A stretch of DNA of 64,000 nucleotides, taken from NCBI RefSeq assembly GCF_009914755.1, contig NC_060928.1. The stretch is one strand, 5' to 3'. The translations under genes and the position numbers were made by a program. Of this stretch, positions 56,301 to 64,000 are shown in pieces; the stretch's first letter is position 1; each line of letters opens with the position of its first letter. This stretch comes from the human T2T-CHM13v2.0 reference genome, Homo sapiens. The notes beneath the pieces are model-generated. The model saw nothing but the letters and a program-made list of their open reading frames with translations, was not told where the DNA came from and searched no databases.

Positions 56301-57089
56301 ATTATCAGAAAGTCAGCTACCTTCAACTGAATATCACAGAGCTCTTGATTCTTCTGATTATTTTGGATTTTGAGTCAAGATTGAAGGTCACTGGCCATCA
56401 TGTTCTGAAAGAATTTGGCTTGCTAGGCATGTTATTTATGCTACAGACACAATCGGGTGGCATTTCTCAACCGCAATCCAAGTAAACTTGAAGATCCATA
56501 ATTAAATTAATATGAATCAGTTATAAATTTCCCCCACTACTGAGGGATATTTTTGTACAAAATTTTATTGACACTAAGTAACCAAAGTTTAGTTTTTTAA
56601 CTTTTAAGGCCATGCTTCTCAATTGTTTCTTTTGCACATTTTGGAGACGTTTAGGGTTCTCCAAAATGACCATAAATATTTGCAGACCTTTAGGTAAGCT
56701 TAAACCCCCTCATGTTTTAGGGGAAAAAAGATGCATTTGGCTCTTCTTGAAACTAAATTTTAAATTAACATAAGAAAAATAAAAATTTTAGATAGTTGAA
56801 GTTGTTTTCAGAAGCAGTTCATATAAAAATTCATAAGAGAATGTTTGCAACTGTATATCCATGCATGTGGAAGACATATGGTTCATTATGCAAGGGGGTC
56901 ACAGAGAAGACGCATACCAAGACATTCTTGACATTCTGAAAGTTAGTGACTTTTTCTATTACGTTACAATTCTCAAAAGGCAAGATTATTGTATAGAGCT
57001 TCTTCTCACTTTTTTGAAATATTCTGTTTTTAAGAAAATCTCAAAAGTCTTCAAGACACTGAAGATGCTGATTAATTAAATATAACATT

Positions 57090-57282
57090 TAAAAAAATTA
57101 GCCAGGTGTGGTGGTACATGCCTATAGTTGTAATTGTATACATGGTAATTGGTAAACTGAGGCGGGAGGATTGCTAGAAACCAGGAGTTCAAGGCTGCAA
57201 TGGGCTTTGATTACGCCACTGTACTCCAGACTGGGTGACAGAGCAAGACCCAGTCTCTTAAATAAATAAATAAATAAAATAA
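57090..57282 (+). mobile_element. AluJ right arm / FRAM-like monomer with (TAAA)n tail
   Basis: AAAATTAGCCAGGTGTGGTGG...GGGAGGATTGC...CCAGGAGTTCAAGGCTGCA...GTGACAGAGCAAGACCC. Confidence 0.88.
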
Positions 57283-59326
57283 GGATAAAATAAATATACT
57301 ATATGTAAAAGCTTTGCTTTAGTTAAAACCTTGTGATCATGATAAAATATACTTTCAAGTAGATCAAGTAGATATAAATTCTTTTTTTTTCTCACTATTT
57401 TCACCCTCCCACTGTTCCTATTGTTTTAGCCATACATAGTTCTGAGGAGCCATTTGGCTGATACTTACTTTAGATCCCCATTTGGCAGACCTGTCCCTTG
57501 TTCAAAAGTTGCTGAATTTTATTTCTCAGGTGCTGCTAAGGCGTTGATGGCTGATGAAAACAAAACTGATCACTTATTAGATAATATTTACATTTTAAGA
57601 GAAGTCTTCAGTTCCTTCACTCAAAGATTCAAGAAGTAAAGCATTCGAAATTATTTAGAGAAGCAAAAATATTTCAGCATCCTTCAATCACAGCACACAA
57701 GTAGCTTCTGATTCTAACATAATTATATGGAGTAGTATAATTATTTGTCTAAAAGAGCAGGTAACAAGAAATTACATAATGGTTAGATTTTAGGAAGTAG
57801 AGTGGAGTTAGAACTTTAAAAATTAAATACTTAGTTGGCAGATTTATTGGCAAAATTCTCCAGATATTACTCTAATGGGAAGAGACAGAAGAATCAGCAT
57901 AAATCATGTGTAGCAGAAAGTACCAAATCCACATATCCTGTTCTAAATCAGTGTGAAAATTAAAAAACTCGAAGCAAGCACTCTTTTGATGAAAATATTT
58001 GGAAATTAGCACATGAAAACATTGTTAATTTCTAACTGGAGGAAAATAAAGCTATTTTTCACATTTCTGTCCTATTGAAAAGTCTGATGAGTAATGAAAG
58101 AGATTTTTATATGCAAAGTTGTGGGAGCTAAATGACATCAATAGTATGTGTTCAGAAATCTTCCCTCTGTTTAAAAAATATCAAAGGCTAATAAATCAAA
58201 ACAAGTACTATAACATATTCCACAAATACTAGAAATTTTCCTCTCAAACTATTTTTTGCCAAGTATCCTTTATCAAAGGATTTGGTGCTAAGTGTTGAAC
58301 AAAATTATCATCTGTTGTTCAGCCAACTTACTCTTTGCTATGCTTCACACAGTTTTAAACAAACAAACAAAAAATGATTTCTTTGAGGCCTGATTTTACT
58401 TGTGCATACATATTTCACCCTGTATTTCTGTATCACAAATAACTCAAGATAATCATTTTTCTTGCATATTAATTGAAGGTGCTCCCAGGAATACCACATA
58501 GACACCAACATTAGTTTCTAAATCAAAGTACCCATAGGAGTTCTTAACCCAAAAGATGCTTTGACTAAAATACTACAACCATATCAACAAATATTTCTAA
58601 ATGATAGCTCCTATTAAAGTTTAGGTAATTACTGGGGTCCTAATTGCTAGAAATTTAAATATTACATTAGGAGATTGTCAAAATTACTTATTCCTTTTCT
58701 TCCTCATTTTCATATGGTTTTGGTTTTTGTGAATCCAGAATTAACCGCCATACGTTTTGCTTTCTAGTGACCTGGCTATGAATATATTGTGACTTTGTTT
58801 TTATTGTATCATTTTATAAGCATATGTGCGTGTTAACCGAGCTCAGTCCCTATTTATACCAATCCTATTACTATAAACTTTAAACCCTTCTTAGCTACAT
58901 GTACCAAGTTATTTAAAAATCTCACAGTAGAGTGGCTTATGTTCTGCAATGTTTTATACATTTCGTGAACTTCCCAACGTTACAAGGGTAGATAAATATC
59001 TGTTGTAATGGAAAAAAATGAAGTATTACTAGAATTAAGCAATGTATTTGTATTTAGGGTGATACACATATACTTTTATAGAAACAATTAATAATGCAAG
59101 GACACAGCATTACTTATCAGGGGCTTCTATTTCTCATTACTTGCATTTCTAATGCAAAGTGTTCTCTATGGAAATAAATTTCAAAATACTTTCACTGTTA
59201 ATTTATGACCTAATTTTACACAATTGCATCCAGAAAGAAATCTTATAGTAGTCTATAATTTCCACTTATTCATTACATACAATCTATTAATAAATATTAT
59301 ACAGTTAATTAAAAATAGATAGAGGG

Positions 59327-60770
59327 CTGGCAGAAGCATATAGATATTTCACAGCAGTCACTTAACACTCTTCATATCCAATTGCAATGTAAGGACACCT
59401 CAGAGGGTTCCTTAAAAATTCACTTTAAAGACTAAGACTATTCCCAAATCACCTTTCTATAACCAACTTTTCCAGGAAATAAGATTCAAGGCCAATGGTG
59501 ACCAATTTGCTAATGGATCAGAGTTAATAGACCTTTAGCAGACTAAATTTTATATTATTATGCAATCTTTTCAAAAGAGCACTTTAACAGTGGTGCCCAA
59601 TATATTCAATCCAATTTCATTTCAATAACTCTTTTTAAGCCTTCACAAAGTATTTCATTTTGAAACTTCTACCCTTACATGCGAAAGGGACTCACAAACA
59701 TATAATTAGAAAAGTCATATAAATGTTTTTCAGTAAAATTTAATAAGAGATTTCCAATAAGGCTTAAAGTAATTTTTATTTTGCTTGTACTCAAATTTAT
59801 TTTATTTTACTTCAGTATTTTTGGTAATAAAATATATTCATAAAAATATAAGATTCTACTTATTACCTTGTTTTCATAAACAATACTTCAAATAATATTC
59901 TGCTTTCAGCAAATTTAGAAAATTTGAATATGTGCAAGGCAAAAGAAAGAATAGCAGACAAAAATAGCCATTAAAAAAAAAAGATAATCTGTAAAGCTAG
60001 GAGGATGCCAAACTCTAGCTAATACATATTATGGGAAATATATATGTGGCAGTTAAAATGCAATAAAAAAATTACAGAATATAAATGAAATATTAATTTA
60101 AATTAAAACTGTTTCTAAGTTTATAATTTTGAATAAACACTTTTTATTTCCTATTCTACTTTGAATAGGAAATAAACTTGGAGACTATTTCTATCTCATT
60201 TTTTTCCTCCCTGTTGATCTTTTCTTCAAATTTGGTATGTTAGAAATGCTGATATTTTATTTAGTCAATTCATGGGTTATAACCTTGAATTCTCCAATTC
60301 CTTCAAAATATCCTTTCAAACTTGTCTTTCATAATTCCACTATCCTTGGCATTACAAAGAGACCTCTGTGGGGGCCCTACTTCTACAACATGGAAATATG
60401 GTAATTAAGAGCTTTCTGCTCCCATTTTCTCATGACTGTGTAACGTGAAAAACAATGGGGTCTCCTCTTTCTGTTTAGCAATTCCATTCATGCAACAAAG
60501 ATGTTCAGTGTACATGTCACAATATAATAACAGTCTAAATGGATTAAATTGCAGTGTGTAGCAAACACACAATTCTCTCTGGTAGATGTGTATAGATATT
60601 TTGTAGGGAACCACTTAATATTCTTCATATCCAGTTGCATCACACAAATTGACACCTCACATAGTTCCTTAAAAAATCCACTCTATGAAACTAATATTCT
60701 TTTGAAATACCTTTCCATATCAATTTTTTCAAGAAATAAACTGTAATGCCAATGGTGAACCATTTGCTAA
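59327..60770. repeat. Diverged direct repeat pair of about 190 bp (59327-59513 and 60579-60770)
   Basis: Colinear shared blocks TATAGATATTT, CACTTAA, TCTTCATATCCA, GACACCTCA, GTTCCTTAAAAA, ACCTTTC, GCCAATGGTGA and ATTTGCTAA. Confidence 0.9.
60143..60176. repeat. Perfect 14-bp inverted repeat with 6-nt loop
   Basis: TTTATTTCCTATTC-TACTTT-GAATAGGAAATAAA. Confidence 0.9.
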
Positions 60771-63700
60771 ATCAATTTCACGCCCTTTCTTCAATTCCAC
60801 CCACCCATCTTCTTTATTCTTCCTTTCTTTTCTTCCTTATTTATTTTATTTTTTTGATGGAAATCTAGAGAGGCAGCAAAGTGCTACTCCAATTTAATTC
60901 ACAGTAGAGGCACTGAGCGTATGAGCTTTAAGCTCTAAGGTGGTTAGAAACATCTGCTGGTTAGCAATGCCTCTTCCTGTCAGTTGTAAGGCTTGTCTGT
61001 ATTATGCCACTCATGTTTAACAGAAGTAAAATGCAATTGACAGCATGCTAATTATTACATTTTTTTCTCCCCCAAACTGTAACATCACTAAAGGTCATCC
61101 AAAATATATAATGGTTGTTTTGGTACATTGACATTTGTTACATTTCTTTATTTTTTGATAATTTTTAAAAAATTTTTATAACGGAGGCTTGTTTTTGAGG
61201 GTAAATAGTGGGAATGTATATTTATGCATGGTCAACCTCTTATAGGTCTTATATACTTAATATAAAAGAACTATACACTATCTGACTACACACACCCATA
61301 TACAAACACTCCACACTTTTATTTGTGCATTCATCAAACTCTGACGATTAACAGAAACTTAAAAATATTTATTTCTGAAGTGCTGTAAAAGCAAAAAGCA
61401 AACCAAAAAACAATCTTTAAGTTCATAGATCTTTATAAGACAAATTTCTTTTTATGTCTTGAAAAGTTGGTTTTTCAAATTATTTTTCTATACAATGCAT
61501 AAGTCAGCAAACTTGGTAGATAATTTACTTCCAAAAATGAACTTCTTAGTAAACCCCTCTCTTCCGTCATTCAACAAGGTTTCATCAGAGCACTTATATT
61601 CTAAGTTTTAATACTTGGTCTTGAAATGCTTATAATATGTCAAACCGACAATCCTCATCATTACAAAAACATATACTATGTACTGGTGACATATTGGTGT
61701 ATGTAAGTTAATATCAATAACTTCAGAAATTGGCTTTGTGAGTATTCTACCTATTAAGAAAAAGAGACATCTTAAGACAAGGGCTCTGACAAGAAAGAAA
61801 AGTAAATGTTCAAGTACAAGTTGGTGATAGCCAAACTGTCAGTATAAAACATACTGTTATTGAAAATGTAATGGAATAAAAATGCCATACTCTTTAAAAT
61901 GATTTTTACAGAATTTCAACACATATCTAAGTGCATATATCTAAAAGCATATTTTGCAAAGAGCACTAAATACAGAATATGACTGCACCTATTAACCAAA
62001 GTGCTTGAGTAGTATGTTCGACTCAAAATAGTGAAACTCAAAATATGTATCAGTGGATCTTTCTACAGTGGGGAGTTTGGAAAAGTCTTTTATAATTGAT
62101 CTTCTCTTTTAATTGACATTGGCCTATATTGTCAGACTTATAGTCATCCTTTAGTCTGATCCTCCTGTTTAAAATTCTGCCTGCTGATAAACTAATCCTA
62201 TTCTTTGAATTTTTTTTTCTTCAGGGGCAATAAATTATTGGCTACTTTTCATACTCAAAATGTTGGTGCAGAAAAAAATGGAGATATATTCATGAATAAT
62301 AGAAATTGAAAAAGTGTTTCATTTTCACTCAAAACCATGTTTAACTTCATGTAAAGGCTCTCTCTTGTTTTGGGTAAAATTTGTAACCATGACCCATATC
62401 ATTTTATCTGCTCTAGAGAAAATGTGTCTGTTACCTCAGATGACAACTATATTTTTCAAACAACTTTTAATTTTTATTAAAGGTAGATAGCTCATTGAGG
62501 AAGTAAAGTACACCCTTTAAAGTGTGGTTCCAATAATAATTGTTGAAGGATAATTAAATAGTAAGTAGGAGAATTGAATATGCAGGTCTTTTTTGACACC
62601 TAACACAATTCTATCTCTCAAAATATTGTTGCATTTGAATTAACTATTTCAAATAATCAAAAACTCTGTCCTGTGATATAAAAAAATTAGATTTACTCAC
62701 AATTTGTTATAAAATATCAAATAATCATATATTTGGACTATAATTTGATTTTAAATATAAATTATACACAAATGTGCAATATAATATTAAAAATTTTTAT
62801 TAATAATTAACAACAACGCATCCCTTTTTTTTAAACATGTAAGCTTCATCCTCTGATATTGTGTTTTATTTTACATTAAAGGATAAATGAGCAAATGTTG
62901 TGAAATTACTATCATCCCATTTTCAAAGAATAAATTATTTTAGGAAGTACTTGTCTTGAAAGGTAAATATGTCATATCAATAGAAATAATATCTTAAATA
63001 GTTTATACACTTTTTCAAACCATAACTGATAAAGTGACTTACAGAAACAGTTTCTTACAAATAATAAAACAAAATAAATCTATCTTCAACGAATTTTCCA
63101 ACTTTATTATTTTTAAGGGCATTCAAAGTATTTCTCTAGTGATCTTTAGTTTTAGTTTATTGTTTCAATAAATAAGAATCAGTATATATTCTAAAACTCA
63201 GTGTGACCAATATTTTCCTTTATCATAGAGTTTTTAAACATAATTTAGCTTAATTTTTAAAGCATAATAACAGAGAAAATGCTTAAATGATTGAAAAGCA
63301 ACATTTAGCTCACTATTTTATTTCAGAGAATAATGTACTTACTATGCAAACATGCCATTGCAAAAAATTATATATTTCAAGTATCTATTTTGAAGATATA
63401 TTAATAGATAGTGAGCTATCACAATATTAAAAGACACAAAAAAATTTAGGTTAGGCTCATTATATTTGAATAAATGCTTTTTAAGTTGTTTAACCCCAAA
63501 TAAAATATTTAGAAAGCCAAATCCAGTAAATAATGTTAACTAAGGGTGAATGGCATTTTATCAATTTAAATGGCTATTTTTGTTTTATCTTAATTAGTAC
63601 AATTATTTCCTAAGTGTTCTTTTAAAAGAATGTTTAAACTTAAGAGGAAAAAATGTGCCATTGTAAGCTAGTTAGCACAGTTGAGGATCATAGAACAGAT

Positions 63701-64000
63701 ATATCAGTATAAGAATAGAATAACACATATATTTTCCCTACCCCCAAGTAATTAAAATAATGTTTTATTTGAGTTTTCAAATGTATTTCCTTAAACAATA
63801 CAAATATTTCTGAGTCAACTTGAATCTGGACCAGATAAATTAAAAGACATTAAAAGAAGATGATTTTGCTTATTAAAGATATACATTATGCTCTTTTACT
63901 TGAAACATGCATGAAAAATTAGAATATATTTTCACACATGAAAGCAAAAACAAAATGAATGACCATTAATTATTCATTTTTGTGAAAATATGCAAGTGAA

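Overview
Human genomic DNA (it carries a consensus-perfect AluYb8 and an L1HS-Ta 3' end, both human-specific). It is AT-rich and repeat-dense, and reads as intergenic or deep intronic. I can support no intact protein-coding gene, RNA gene or CRISPR array. The longer ORFs in the track are L1 ORF2 remnants, antisense Alu/L1/LTR frames or tandem-repeat frames. Content: L1 copies of many ages (L1HS-Ta, L1PA4-8, L1PA13-16, L1MC/L1ME), about eight Alus, MaLR/ERVL solo LTRs, DNA transposon relics (Tigger2a, MER58A, MER81), L2/MIR relics, microsatellites and a 6x57-bp VNTR. I found no convincing new biological system. The structures least explained by the repeat annotation are: (1) a 78-bp, 75/78-identical inverted repeat flanking a 932-bp segment (18165-19252), a candidate micro-inversion; (2) a 60-nt near-perfect fold-back hairpin built from a neighbouring MER81 end (45437-45496); (3) two local dispersed duplications at about 1.25-1.3 kb spacing; (4) two very young, possibly polymorphic retro-insertions; (5) an L1 missing both its 5' end and its 3' UTR. 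Subfamily names come from recalled consensus diagnostics, not a database search.
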